Both the position numbers and the translations under genes were made by a program. From the IMG/VR virus record IMGVR_UViG_3300037466_002533, positions 1-64,000 of that record: a DNA stretch of 64,000 nt; one strand, 5' to 3'. The notes under the pieces were generated by a model. It saw only the letters and a program-made list of their open reading frames with translations. It made no database searches and was not told where the DNA came from. Source of the stretch: a virus (Duplodnaviria > Caudoviricetes). Numbering within the stretch: position 1 is the stretch's first letter; each line of letters starts with the position of its first letter. Below, one piece after another: positions 1 through 9,984 of this stretch.

Positions 1-276
1 CGGTGCCGTCGTACCAGTTGGTGGCGGTACGGTCCAGCTTCTCCAGCCGGTCTGCAAGTTCATCCTGCATGCCTGCCAGTAGGCCGCTGGCCCTGTCCTG
101 CGCGGTATGGAACATGGCGAAGCCCTCCTTCTGCTCAGTAATTAGGAGCGCTTCGTCCAAGCGATATGTATTGACCTTTCATGGATGCACCTATAGCCCC
201 ATCACCTGCCAGGTTTTTGGCGGTGTGGGGCTACAGGCCGGAGGGAGGAATGGCGCGACGGCGCTCACTCATTACC

Positions 277-516
277 CTAGTTGGAGATCGGATACCTCAT
301 CGACATGCCGGTCAAGATGGTGAACGCGGCGGGGTCGTCGGTGCTGACCATCGGGGGCTGGACGGTTTTCGCCAGGATCACCCGCAAGGTGTCTCTCATG
401 CCCTGCCAGTAGAGCCGGGAATCTTGGGAGTACCCATGCTCGGCCCAGGCCTCTGCGGTCTCCAAGGCGGTCTCCAGTCGTGCCCGGCTGAGGTAGGTGG
501 GGCGCTGCTCTGCCAT
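277..516 (-). CDS. hypothetical protein (79 aa)
   Basis: ORF with AAGGAAAG upstream of ATG, co-oriented with neighbours. Confidence 0.55.
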   Translation of the reverse strand: MAEQRPTYLSRARLETALETAEAWAEHGYSQDSRLYWQGMRDTLRVILAKTVQPPMVSTDDPAAFTILTGMSMRYPISN

Positions 517-598
517 GACTTTCCTTTATCGTGTGGATGGAGAGGCCCGCCCGACGTCAGGCCGCTACGAATAACGCCGGGCGGAACCTCTCCGGTCT

Positions 599-2059
599 TC
601 AGGACGACGACAACATGCTGGACACCCAGTCGGCACCCAGGAAGCCCGCCAGCCAGGCCAGCGCGCCCTCCTCGTCATCGAACACTCCGTCGTCCTGTGT
701 CTCCAGGGCGGCGGACAGGATCTCTTTGAACGCAGGTCCCGGCTTCAGGCCGAGCGCGATCAGGTGGTGCCCGGTCAGGATGCCCTTGCGCGGCCGACCC
801 TGAGGCGTGCCGACCAGATGCGCCATGACCTCCCAGGGACCGGCAGGGGACTGATGGCTGGCGATGCCGCGACCGGCGTGGTCGGCGGCCACCACGGCGG
901 CCCACTGCTGGATCGTGGGCCCACGTCCATCATGGTCCAGCCGACGCAGCAGCCTACGTACCGCCGCCTTGGTGGGCTTTCCTGAGGCCACAGCCATGTG
1001 CTCACGCACAAGCGGCAGGACTTTGTCCACCAGCCACCCCGGCGCCCCGATGCGCGTCAGAAACGATCTGGCGGGTTCCACGCCAGCCTCGGCATGGCCG
1101 TGGGAGGTGATCCGGCCATCGGCCACATCCGGAATATCCGTATGCGTTGCCTTGCCCAGGTCGTGCAGCATGGCACCGAACACCACGACCATCCGGTCCG
1201 CCTCCGACCACCCCTCATTGTGAGCGGCTTGAGCGGCGGCGTCGGCCGCCAGACCCAGGTGGACATGCACCGGGCCCTCCGGATGCCAGTCAGGATCCTG
1301 CGGCACGTCACGGACGGCCAGCAGCTCCGGGAAGAACTCTTCCCACCCAGTCTGGTGCAGCACCTCCAGTGAACGAGAGGGATGTAACGCCTTGGTGGCG
1401 ATCTTCTTGAACTCCTCCCAGATCCGCTCGGTGGCCAGGTCGTAGAAACATGCGCGCAGGGTGCGACACATCTCCACCGTCTCCGGCGCCAGCACCATGT
1501 TGAACCGCCCGGCGAACTGGACCCCCCGCAATACCCGCAGCGGATCCTCGGCGAATGCCGGGGTGGTATGCCGCAGCACGCCACGGATCAGGTCTATCAG
1601 GCCGCCGTACGGGTCCACCAGCTCCTCGGTGATGGGATCCCATCCCATGGCGTTGACGGTGAAGTCGCGACGTCCAAAGGCCTGCTCCACCGTCAGGTCG
1701 TGGTCCACCCGCACCGCGAAGCCACGATGGCCGGAGCCGACCTTGGAGTCCACCCGGGGCAGCGAGACGTCGAACTCCTCGCCGTCCACATGCACCTTCA
1801 GAACGCCGAAGGACACGCCCACCTCGTCCACCCGGCCGACCAGTTGCAAGACCGTCAGCAGGTCCCCAGCGTCCGCCCCGTAGACCTCCAGGTCGATGTC
1901 CTTCGGGTTGAATGGGGTGGCGGGCACCATCCGGGTGCGCAGGGCATCGCGGACGCTGCCTCCGACCACAAGGGGGCGGCCCACGGCCTGGCAAGCGAGC
2001 ACCACCTTCCGGGCGGCGTCGGTAAGCGGCACCAGGCCCGGCATCACGCCCTCGTTCAT
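599..2059 (-). CDS. cca: CCA-adding tRNA nucleotidyltransferase with HD domain
   Basis: VGGSVRD, KDIDLE, RRDFTVNAM, EDPLRVLR class II nucleotidyltransferase motifs; HPEG...LHDLGK...HGHA HD domain. Confidence 0.9.
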   Translation of the reverse strand: MNEGVMPGLVPLTDAARKVVLACQAVGRPLVVGGSVRDALRTRMVPATPFNPKDIDLEVYGADAGDLLTVLQLVGRVDEVGVSFGVLKVHVDGEEFDVSLPRVDSKVGSGHRGFAVRVDHDLTVEQAFGRRDFTVNAMGWDPITEELVDPYGGLIDLIRGVLRHTTPAFAEDPLRVLRGVQFAGRFNMVLAPETVEMCRTLRACFYDLATERIWEEFKKIATKALHPSRSLEVLHQTGWEEFFPELLAVRDVPQDPDWHPEGPVHVHLGLAADAAAQAAHNEGWSEADRMVVVFGAMLHDLGKATHTDIPDVADGRITSHGHAEAGVEPARSFLTRIGAPGWLVDKVLPLVREHMAVASGKPTKAAVRRLLRRLDHDGRGPTIQQWAAVVAADHAGRGIASHQSPAGPWEVMAHLVGTPQGRPRKGILTGHHLIALGLKPGPAFKEILSAALETQDDGVFDDEEGALAWLAGFLGADWVSSMLSSS

Positions 2060-3288
2060 CGCCCCTCAACCTTCTCGAATTTCACCCGGGTCAGCACGGT
2101 CTGCTTCGTGCCGTTGTACTCGTCGTGCTTCTTGACGGTGGCCCGCACGATGGTCACCTTGTCGCCCTCGGTAACGTCATTGAAGATGCCGGAGGCGAAC
2201 CACTTGAACACGCGGCCCTGCTCGTCCTTGAAGGTGAACAGGGTGGTGGTGCCCCACTGGTTCTCCATCTCCCGGATCCCGGTGACGGTGACCTTGATGC
2301 CCGCCAGCTTGTCGCCTTCCTTGCCGACCCACTCGTTCACCGTCTTCACGGTCTGCCGCTCGACCCTCTCGTGGGTGTTGCGGTACCAGGAGGCGACCGT
2401 CGAGGCCACCAGGCCGAAGTGCCGGGCCTCGATGCGCTCCTGGGAGGCCAGGGCGCGCAGGTTGGTGGCGTAGTCGCTGTCGCCCTCGATGTTCTTGGCG
2501 AACTCCAGGACCTCACGGCCCAGGGTCTCGTTCTCCTCGGTCCGCAGCGCCTCGCGAGCCAGCGTGAACCACGGCTCCGGCTTGTCCTGCATCCGCTTGG
2601 ATGGGTACAGCAGCTCGAACACCAGGCTGGCGGTGGCGGTCCCGCCCCGGATCTCGGAGGTGGCCCGGGAGACGTAGCCCCGACCGTCCTGGCTGACCGC
2701 CAGCGCGGCCCGGATGACGTCCAGCGGAGTGTCGGTGCGAACCCAGCCGCCGCCGGTGGTACCACCCAGGTCGTCATCGTCGCCGACCTCGATCTCCGGC
2801 TCCCACTCCAGCGCCCACAGGCCGAGGACCTCGACGCCCAGGAAGGCCGCCAGGCAGGTCGACCCGACCTGCTTGATCTCGCCGTCGTCGTGGCGCAGCA
2901 GGTAGGTGGCCTTGCGGTAGCGGTCGATCCCGCAGTGGTCGCAGGTCTGGGTGGCGGGCCGGTATCCGTTCAGCTCCTGGCCAGGCATGACGGCGGTGAC
3001 GAAGGAACCGTCGGCCAGCACATCCAGGCGGGCCACGAAGGTCCAACCGGCGATCCGGTTGATGTCCGGGCGGACCAGCTCGTAGTTTACCATGGTGCGC
3101 TCGACGCGGTTACCGAACTGATCGGTCTTGGTGGCGGTCTCGATGGAGACGACGCGCACCTGGAAGACGTCCAGACCCAGCTTGGCAAGCTTGCGGTTGG
3201 CCTTCTCGACCCGGTCATAGACCGAGGGCATCTGGAACTGCAGGGCGCGGTAGGTCTGCACGGTGGCGGTGGTCTCGGTAGCGGTCAT
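2056..3288 (-). CDS. conserved phage protein with CDHC zinc motif and probable C-terminal OB fold
   Basis: TCDHCG...QVGSTCL motif; start reset to ATG 3288 just after a -10 box. Confidence 0.6.
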   Translation of the reverse strand: MTATETTATVQTYRALQFQMPSVYDRVEKANRKLAKLGLDVFQVRVVSIETATKTDQFGNRVERTMVNYELVRPDINRIAGWTFVARLDVLADGSFVTAVMPGQELNGYRPATQTCDHCGIDRYRKATYLLRHDDGEIKQVGSTCLAAFLGVEVLGLWALEWEPEIEVGDDDDLGGTTGGGWVRTDTPLDVIRAALAVSQDGRGYVSRATSEIRGGTATASLVFELLYPSKRMQDKPEPWFTLAREALRTEENETLGREVLEFAKNIEGDSDYATNLRALASQERIEARHFGLVASTVASWYRNTHERVERQTVKTVNEWVGKEGDKLAGIKVTVTGIREMENQWGTTTLFTFKDEQGRVFKWFASGIFNDVTEGDKVTIVRATVKKHDEYNGTKQTVLTRVKFEKVEGR

Positions 3289-3294
3289 GTACCT

Positions 3295-3317
3295 AGTATA
3301 GCACACTCAAAAAGATA
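3295..3317 (-). promoter_or_regulatory. promoter with TATCTTTT box, 9-nt spacer and TATACT
   Basis: minus strand TATCTTTT TGAGTGTGC TATACT. Confidence 0.65.
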
Positions 3318-3326
3318 ATTGCACCA

Positions 3327-3373
3327 GGAGCCGAGGAAGGCCCCAACCCCGTAACTGGGTCCTCCTCGACTCC
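3327..3373 (-). terminator. intergenic hairpin, probable terminator
   Basis: GGAG(C)CGAGGA...TCCTCG(A)CTCC inverted repeat. Confidence 0.45.
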
Positions 3374-3402
3374 TCCCCCGCCAGGTGACTTATCCCCCGG
3401 TC

Positions 3403-3768
3403 TCAGGCGTCGACCAGCTCCCTGTGGCTGGCCGCCCGGCGCTGCAGCCGGATGCGCCTCAGCTCGGTGTCGGCATCCGGGTCGATCCGCTGCACGGCGT
3501 CGATGACGGTGCCGATGCGCGATCCGCGCCGGTACAGTCGAACCAGCTCGTGCTGGCCGAGCGGCAACTCCTCCGGCACGTGCCCCAGCCCACGCTTGTC
3601 CAGCTCAGCGGAGATCTCTTGATTGATGCGCGGCGTCAGCCTGCCAGCACCAAGCGCGATTCTCAGCGAGCCCGCCCGAACTGTGGTCACGCCGTCTTCG
3701 GCGTCCACCAGGTTCTCGATCGAGGCCCAGGTGGTGTTCTCGTGAAGCTCCCTGACCATGGATGTCAT
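3403..3768 (-). CDS. hypothetical protein (121 aa)
   Basis: ORF, start reset to ATG after GGAG. Confidence 0.55.
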   Translation of the reverse strand: MTSMVRELHENTTWASIENLVDAEDGVTTVRAGSLRIALGAGRLTPRINQEISAELDKRGLGHVPEELPLGQHELVRLYRRGSRIGTVIDAVQRIDPDADTELRRIRLQRRAASHRELVDA

Positions 3769-3974
3769 TCTCCTTGGTTTGTTCCGACGGAAGTCCCCGA
3801 CTGGCCCTCCGTCTTTGTCAACACCAAGTTTGCCACACCTGACACCAGGCGTCACACAGTAAGCAATAATTTGCTCCATTGGGGGGTCAAACCACCAGTG
3901 GAGTCACGAGGTATGTGTTCTTTTGTCGCTTATCTACCGATTCTAGGTAGGTAAATTATCTTTTAGCCGGTCGA

Positions 3975-4376
3975 TCACTTCAGAAACCAGAACCTCACGT
4001 CATCCGGTAGCGCTCGCAGGCCCGCCAGGACCTCGTCCGTGCACACCCGCACCATGACTGACCTTCCCTCCCGGAAGTGCGGGCACATGGCGACTGCCAG
4101 CTTGCTGCACTTCTCGTGGCACAGGCCTGGGTCGAACTTACTGATGCCGCCCTTGCCCGGGTCAGTGTTGGAAACTGCCGCATAGCTCTCCTTCTCCAGA
4201 GGTAGACCACAGACCGTGCACAACCCGGCCAGCACGCACTCACCGATCCTGACGTCCGACCCCGCCCCGATCAGGTCGACCGAATAGGAGCTGTAGGGTA
4301 CGGGTAGGTGGTAGGTGGGGTCGTGCGGTCGGGGGAACCCTCTCACCATCGACGTATCGGCATCTACGTGAAGCAC
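3975..4376 (-). CDS. hypothetical Cys-rich protein
   Basis: CTVCG, CHEKC, CPHF motifs. Confidence 0.55.
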   Translation of the reverse strand: MLHVDADTSMVRGFPRPHDPTYHLPVPYSSYSVDLIGAGSDVRIGECVLAGLCTVCGLPLEKESYAAVSNTDPGKGGISKFDPGLCHEKCSKLAVAMCPHFREGRSVMVRVCTDEVLAGLRALPDDVRFWFLK

Positions 4377-4598
4377 TACGGGGAGACCTCTCGCTCAGGC
4401 CTGGGCGTGCATCACGTCCTGTGGCTTCCAACTGGCCCGCTCTTTGCTAGGCCTTGGGGGAGTGTAGGGGACAGGTACGACATCCACCTACAGGACACGC
4501 CGTGTCGTTATCCCCCTGTGAGATAAGGCTATCAGACCGACTGCACACCGTCACCAATGCTAAACCGGGCCAATCGGGTGAAAACCGTTCCGGGCGGC

Positions 4599-4871
4599 CT
4601 ATAGCCAATCGGATTGCTGTACCAGGCGGTACAGGGCCTTGGCCTCCACCACCTTGCAGTCCACCCCGCCGATCCGGATGATCGACCCGGGCTGAAGGGA
4701 CGCCGCCACGCTCTCGTACAGCTCCGCCGGGAACTCGTAGGCCTGGTTGAACACCAGGTCGAACACATGCGGGTCGGAGTGGAAGGGATACGGGTGATCC
4801 TCCGGGTTGGCGTAGTCCCAGGTGATCCGGACCTTGCGGTCCACCATCTCGGTCATCTTTCCGTCGGTCAT
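4599..4871 (-). CDS. hypothetical protein (90 aa)
   Basis: ORF, ATGA overlap with upstream gene. Confidence 0.6.
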   Translation of the reverse strand: MTDGKMTEMVDRKVRITWDYANPEDHPYPFHSDPHVFDLVFNQAYEFPAELYESVAASLQPGSIIRIGGVDCKVVEAKALYRLVQQSDWL

Positions 4872-5101
4872 GACCCCTCCAGTTCCAGCACCGGGTGGCG
4901 CTGCCCGTACTCCTCATGCAGGGCCGCCAGCTTGCCCTTCAGGACCGCGATGTCGTCATCCAGAGCCCTGGCGTAGGTGGTCAGCGCTTCGCTGGAGGAA
5001 GACCGCAGGAACTCCTCGGTCGGGAAGGTGGCCACGTCCGGGCTGAGGAAGCTGAGCTTCCCCGGCGAGCCCCGGTATCTCTTGCCGATGAGGTCGAACA
5101 T
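4868..5101 (-). CDS. hypothetical protein (77 aa)
   Basis: tightly packed ORF. Confidence 0.6.
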   Translation of the reverse strand: MFDLIGKRYRGSPGKLSFLSPDVATFPTEEFLRSSSSEALTTYARALDDDIAVLKGKLAALHEEYGQRHPVLELEGS

Positions 5102-5103
5102 CG

Positions 5104-6255
5104 TCAGACCCCCCTGGTGGACGGGCGGTCGTCCAGGTCCCGGTTGGTCTGCATGAACTCCAGCAGGGCGAAGGCGTGCCAGGCGACGGCGGCCATGTGT
5201 GGTGACCCGTTCAGCGGACCCTCATCGGTGTCCAGATCCTCGCCGTTCCAGAACTGCCAGAGGTGGCGGTTGAGGGCAGCGAAGCTCTTGGACCATTCGT
5301 ATCCCTTTCGCCACTGATGATCCGCGTACTTACTTGCTCCCCGGCCGTAGTGCTCGGCCAGGAGACGCAGAGGTTCGGCAGGGATCAGGTGGTAGGCGGC
5401 GAGCTTCACGCCCTTCTGGCCGCCTTTGGCTGACGTGGTGCGCACCTCGCCGGAACCGGCGTACTTGTCTCCGGCGTTGATGTCAATCTTGACCGGCTCG
5501 CCACGGTCGAACGCCTTATCGAACCCCTCCTCTGTCGTCTCCCCCTCGTGCGAGTCGATCAGGTCGCGTGCGAGCTTGGCCTTGACGTAAGGGTCGGTCA
5601 TAGTGATGAGCGTGGAGACCGGTAGGGAAATAGCAGGCTGGGTGGGGGTGGCTGGAGTTGTTGACCCCGTCGAGGGTGTCCACTTGGGGGCGCTGCTGCC
5701 GCTGGTGCTTACGTTGTAGAACGGGGCGGCGGAGTCGTTGATCGAGAAGGCTCCGGCTGTGAATGAGTCGCTTGGTCCTGTCCGCTGCAGGAACGCCTCG
5801 ATCTTGGAGGTGTCCTCGGGGTAGTAACCCTCCTCGCCGGAACCGTCATCGGTGCTCACGACGCGGGAGATGACCTCCACGTCCACAGGATCTAAGGGGG
5901 AACCGGATCCCGGGTTGTACCGGTAGATGTTCAGTCCCAGGGCCAGACCGGTGGCCACCTCGGCCCGGACACCGGCGCTGCTCTCCCATCCGGGAAGCAG
6001 GGCGACGGCCTGGGCCTCCTTGCAGATCCACTCCAGGTCGGCGCCCAGGGCGTCACGCAGGGAGAAGTTCTGACGACGCATGTCCTCGTCGCTGCCGGAG
6101 GGGGCCTGCTTGTAGTCGAAACCGGCCTCGATATCGCGCTCGGCCGGATTGAACACCACATGCCCGGCCCGGCGCAGACGGTCGGTCGCGTCGATGAATG
6201 CGGGGAAGTTGAAGTGTGGAACTCCCCTCATCTTCCCGGCCAGATAGATCTTCAT
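5104..6255 (-). CDS. fusion of DUF4406 (nucleoside deoxyribosyltransferase-like) and dATP/dGTP diphosphohydrolase (DUF5664-like)
   Basis: N-term KIYLAGKMRGVPHFNFPAF...VFNPAE...LPGWESSAG; C-term YHLIP...GASKY...W..G...AALNRHL...HMAAVAWHA. Confidence 0.75.
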   Translation of the reverse strand: MKIYLAGKMRGVPHFNFPAFIDATDRLRRAGHVVFNPAERDIEAGFDYKQAPSGSDEDMRRQNFSLRDALGADLEWICKEAQAVALLPGWESSAGVRAEVATGLALGLNIYRYNPGSGSPLDPVDVEVISRVVSTDDGSGEEGYYPEDTSKIEAFLQRTGPSDSFTAGAFSINDSAAPFYNVSTSGSSAPKWTPSTGSTTPATPTQPAISLPVSTLITMTDPYVKAKLARDLIDSHEGETTEEGFDKAFDRGEPVKIDINAGDKYAGSGEVRTTSAKGGQKGVKLAAYHLIPAEPLRLLAEHYGRGASKYADHQWRKGYEWSKSFAALNRHLWQFWNGEDLDTDEGPLNGSPHMAAVAWHAFALLEFMQTNRDLDDRPSTRGV

Positions 6256-6258
6256 CAG

Positions 6259-6462
6259 CTAGTCTTCTTCCTCTTCGGTGTAAGTTGCCTCGACCCAGAC
6301 GGTGATCTTCACGTCATTGAGGTCGACTGGGTGGCCCACCTTCTCGATGATCTCAGATGTCAGGTAATACCTAGACAGATCCAGGACGTATTTCGTCGGC
6401 AGCTTGACATCGCAGAGCTGCTCGAAGGTGTGGCCTTCCCTGGCCGAGTAGATCCGAGACAT
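6259..6462 (-). CDS. hypothetical protein (67 aa)
   Basis: tightly packed ORF. Confidence 0.55.
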   Translation of the reverse strand: MSRIYSAREGHTFEQLCDVKLPTKYVLDLSRYYLTSEIIEKVGHPVDLNDVKITVWVEATYTEEEED

Positions 6463-6463
6463 G

Positions 6464-6787
6464 TCAGCGGCTACGGCCGAAGAAGCCGTCCGGGTCGATG
6501 CCGTGCTCTGCCGCCTTGATGAGGAAATTGTTTACCGATTCGATGAATCCCTGGAACAGGGGTTGGGTCAGCTCCGGCTCAGACTCGGCGGTCCCGGTAA
6601 GCTTGCGGTACTTCTTGTACTGCGGCCTGAAAACCTCGTAGGCGACCCAGACATCGGACAACGCCTCATCGGCTTCGACCGGGTCTTCCGGCTCAAGGTT
6701 GCCCCAGTACTTGATGGCGGACATCAGCTCAGCTAGGGCGGCGTCGAACTTCTGCTGATCGAACGGCTTCTTGCTCATTTCTCCCAC
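6464..6787 (-). CDS. hypothetical protein
   Basis: tightly packed ORF. Confidence 0.55.
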   Translation of the reverse strand: MGEMSKKPFDQQKFDAALAELMSAIKYWGNLEPEDPVEADEALSDVWVAYEVFRPQYKKYRKLTGTAESEPELTQPLFQGFIESVNNFLIKAAEHGIDPDGFFGRSR

Positions 6788-6845
6788 TTCATTGGTTGGG
6801 TCTGAAAATAGAACTAGACCGATATCCCTGTCGGGGTACCGGCCT

Positions 6846-6862
6846 AGTCTATCTAATCTTTT
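6846..6862 (-). promoter_or_regulatory. AAAAGAT(A/T)-N3-TANNNT promoter
   Basis: minus strand AAAAGATT AGA TAGACT. Confidence 0.5.
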
Positions 6863-6885
6863 TGAATGAGCAAACCCTTATTAGG

Positions 6886-7065
6886 TCAGGCGGGAATCAA
6901 TTCCCTCTCGCGCCCGGCCACCACGGCGGCCACATCATCGATCTGCCCGTCCAGCCAGCGATCGAACTCGGTCTTGCTCATGCGGGAAGAGAGTCGCTGA
7001 ATGGAGAGCAGGGTACCCAGCACGGTCTTTTCGACCAACGAGTCCACTGAGGTGTGGTCGTTCAT
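6886..7065 (-). CDS. hypothetical protein (59 aa)
   Basis: ATG after AGGAG at the end of the previous gene. Confidence 0.5.
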   Translation of the reverse strand: MNDHTSVDSLVEKTVLGTLLSIQRLSSRMSKTEFDRWLDGQIDDVAAVVAGRERELIPA

Positions 7066-7067
7066 AT

Positions 7068-7568
7068 TTACTCCTTCTTGGCCTTGGAGAGCCGGTTTTC
7101 GCAGCACTGGTAACGGCAGCACCCGTGCGATAGGTCGAATCCGTCATTGACCGACAGATGCAAATCCTTGTCGTCGGGGTCTGGATGCCTGACGCCGTGG
7201 GAGCACTCACGCATCATTAGCATTCTATCGTGGTTGTACACCTGGGACAAGTTCGACATGTGGTGTAGCGAGGGATGATGGATGGAACATCCCCGGCCCT
7301 CGCAGGACTTCTCATCATGGACGTTGGTTAGGACCTGGCCGTTGGGCAGGAACAACCGATTGCCCATGGCGCAGACCTCTTCGCCGGTCTCCATGAGCTG
7401 ACCGAGCAACAGGCTCAGGTCCTCCAGGGTCTGGTTACGGTTCTTCAGACCGATCGCGAACAGGATCGACACCTTCTCCCCAGACCGGTCGGTGACAAGG
7501 ATCGCGGGCGTGTTTCGGCGGAAATCCATGTCCTCCAATCTTTCCTTGGGGGTTTTTCTCGTGGTCAT
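7068..7568 (-). CDS. hypothetical His/Cys-rich protein
   Basis: CSIHHPS and ECSHGVRHPDPDD motifs. Confidence 0.6.
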   Translation of the reverse strand: MTTRKTPKERLEDMDFRRNTPAILVTDRSGEKVSILFAIGLKNRNQTLEDLSLLLGQLMETGEEVCAMGNRLFLPNGQVLTNVHDEKSCEGRGCSIHHPSLHHMSNLSQVYNHDRMLMMRECSHGVRHPDPDDKDLHLSVNDGFDLSHGCCRYQCCENRLSKAKKE

Positions 7569-7592
7569 GGCGCCGCCTCTCAACTGTAGTAC

Positions 7593-7856
7593 CTACCTAT
7601 TGGGCGGCGCGGTAGAGTCGCATTCAACTATCCCGTAACCGGGATATGTGCTCTGAAGACACTGGGTGATCATCAACTTGACGATTCCAGCGAAGGGGCG
7701 TTTGGTGGTCACATCCACCGTCCCGTCATCCCGGGTCGACCATTCGATCGGCAGCCCACGTGAGCGCATCAGGAGGATCTGGTCCTCCACGCTGGATTCA
7801 CCAGGTGGGGGCGTTATCGCCCACTTCACCCGGCCGAACAAGTCCAGCGGATCCAT
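7593..7856 (-). CDS. hypothetical protein (87 aa)
   Basis: ORF right after promoter motif. Confidence 0.55.
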   Translation of the reverse strand: MDPLDLFGRVKWAITPPPGESSVEDQILLMRSRGLPIEWSTRDDGTVDVTTKRPFAGIVKLMITQCLQSTYPGYGIVECDSTAPPNR

Positions 7857-7862
7857 ATGGAA

Positions 7863-7879
7863 ACCCTACCATATCTTTT
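7863..7879 (-). promoter_or_regulatory. AAAAGATA-N3-TANNNT promoter
   Basis: minus strand AAAAGATA TGG TAGGGT. Confidence 0.55.
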
Positions 7880-9967
7880 TCATCTTGGGCGGCGCCCACG
7901 ACTGGGGTTGTAGTACCCTGCCATGCCTCTTCTGCGGTTGCTGGACATGGACTCGCTCAGGGAGTTGAGGCCCTTGCGGACGCTGCTAGTGGTGGCGATG
8001 CGGTCGGCCGCGAACCCGTGCGCCGGGACGCCGGGGGATGGCTTCAGCGGCACCTGACCGAGCATCATCTGTTGCCACTTGTCCAGGTTGCGCTCCAGCA
8101 TCCTGACGGTGGTCTCCATGACACAGTCGGCGAGGTCCTTGGTGGTGACCGGGCCGAAGTCCTGCTTGACCACCTTGCCATTCTTCTCCTGAAGGAACTT
8201 CAGCTCTCGCTCCAGCAGCGAGCCACCACCCAGGTCCTCATCGAAGAAGCTGTCGCGGTAGGAGTGCACCCATCCAAGGTTGATTGCGGCCTGGAACTTC
8301 TCGAATCTCTTGTAGTTCTCTTTGTCGGTGAAGGTGACTTCCTTGACCGTCGTGCGGTGTCCGTACATCTTTTTGAGCTGGGCGATCATACCGGCACTAT
8401 TCCACTGGTCGAAGGAGAACACGTCCATGGACCGATACTGGCCCAGGACCTCCTTCAGCTCCTCACCGACGGATACGAAGTCGATAATGCCGTCCGCGTA
8501 GTCCTGCGCCTTCCACACCTTCATGTAGTCGATGATGGCGTGCGGCCAGATGTTTCCCCACTCGTCCGGCTCGGGCGAATTTTCCAGGTGCCCGATGGCC
8601 ATGGCGAAGTGGGCCTTGGACTTTCCGGGGTCAACGTGGCCGTGATAGATGATGTCCATCTGGCCGTACTCCTTGGGCTCCAGCACGCGCCCATCCCAGA
8701 ACGGCTTGAACATGGCGTCGACCTTGTCCGGGTTCAGGTAGGCGTCCTCGACCTCGGCGAACTGGGCGTTATATTCGACCTTGAACTTGGATGGACTACG
8801 CTTCTCCAGGCGCTGCATGCCGACGTCATACGTCATAACGGCACGCTTGAGGCTGTACCCCAACATATCCGACGCCCGCTCCCAGTCCTCGTACAGCTCC
8901 CAGCTCGGAAGCTGAATGATGAGCATGGTGGGATCGGCGGTCAGCTCATCGAAGGTCTGCTCCGGGTCGTCTTCCAGGTTCTTGGCCAGCACCACCCTCT
9001 TGGTCACCTCGCCGGTCTTCTCCTGGTACTCCAGGACCGGAACCGAACCAGCGGTGTACAGCTCGTAGAACTTGCCGACCATGGAGAACGGAGAGGAGGG
9101 AATGTAGGTCAGGGAGTCCTTGCCGAACTGCTGCAGCGACGGCTGGTAGGCCTCGTAGACGGCCTCGGAGGTTCGGGGTCCCTGCGTGCCGACGAGCATG
9201 TGGGCCATCTCGTCGTAGGTGACCATGAACGCGGCGGCACCACGACCGGAGGAGCTGGCGCTGGTCATGGCCAGCATGCGAATGGTGGCGATCTCCCTGT
9301 CGATCGGGATTCGCCGGGCGGTGAGGTCTGCGATATGCCGGATGTCCGCTGGGGTCCGGATCATGATCACATGATCCTTAGAGGTCGCGATGTAGGGCTG
9401 TAGATACTTGCACGAGTCGACAGCTTCGCGGATGTCGGCGAACTGGAACTTCATGGCTTGGGGCAGGCTCGTGGCCACGGCGTGCCCGTAGGCATCCTTG
9501 TGAGGTTGGATGCCGTAGTGGTCCTGCCAGTTATCCAGGCTAACCATGTATGCCATCTGCTCGGCTCCCAGTACGCCGCCGGTCCATCCCTTGGAGGCAC
9601 GGCGCCCTAGTACCGCCTGGATGTGCGGGAACCGCCGGTAGCCGTTGCGCTTGAGGTAGTCGATGCGTTCCCAGATATCCGGCTGCACGCCGACCGATAT
9701 GCGGTTCCCGAAGTTCTTGCGCCACCCCTCGATAACATCCAGGTCGTACTGGGTCATGTCCTCGATTTCCAGGAACATGAGTTTGAGAAGGGTAAGCTGC
9801 CTAGGGTATGCCTTATAGCCGAGGAAGGACGGGTGAATGGTGAAGTCTACTATGGACTCCCACGGCTTGTTCGGCACTAGCCCGTTGGAGAACTGCTTCA
9901 GTAGATCTACACCGCCAGCGCCCAATCCCTGGACGAATCTGTTGGTTCGTTGAGCTGCGGTAGCCAA
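7880..9967 (-). CDS. terL: terminase large subunit
   Basis: LGRRASKG Walker A-like, VTYDEMAH Walker B, HVDPG RNase H-fold nuclease start, KDLADC C-terminal motif. Confidence 0.8.
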   Translation of the reverse strand: MATAAQRTNRFVQGLGAGGVDLLKQFSNGLVPNKPWESIVDFTIHPSFLGYKAYPRQLTLLKLMFLEIEDMTQYDLDVIEGWRKNFGNRISVGVQPDIWERIDYLKRNGYRRFPHIQAVLGRRASKGWTGGVLGAEQMAYMVSLDNWQDHYGIQPHKDAYGHAVATSLPQAMKFQFADIREAVDSCKYLQPYIATSKDHVIMIRTPADIRHIADLTARRIPIDREIATIRMLAMTSASSSGRGAAAFMVTYDEMAHMLVGTQGPRTSEAVYEAYQPSLQQFGKDSLTYIPSSPFSMVGKFYELYTAGSVPVLEYQEKTGEVTKRVVLAKNLEDDPEQTFDELTADPTMLIIQLPSWELYEDWERASDMLGYSLKRAVMTYDVGMQRLEKRSPSKFKVEYNAQFAEVEDAYLNPDKVDAMFKPFWDGRVLEPKEYGQMDIIYHGHVDPGKSKAHFAMAIGHLENSPEPDEWGNIWPHAIIDYMKVWKAQDYADGIIDFVSVGEELKEVLGQYRSMDVFSFDQWNSAGMIAQLKKMYGHRTTVKEVTFTDKENYKRFEKFQAAINLGWVHSYRDSFFDEDLGGGSLLERELKFLQEKNGKVVKQDFGPVTTKDLADCVMETTVRMLERNLDKWQQMMLGQVPLKPSPGVPAHGFAADRIATTSSVRKGLNSLSESMSSNRRRGMAGYYNPSRGRRPR

Positions 9968-9984
9968 TTAGGTTCAGGCGAATG

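Noticed and set aside
5104-6255. Z-DNA (2-aminoadenine) system
   Set aside because: No PurZ or family A polymerase in the window; the hydrolase alone is insufficient
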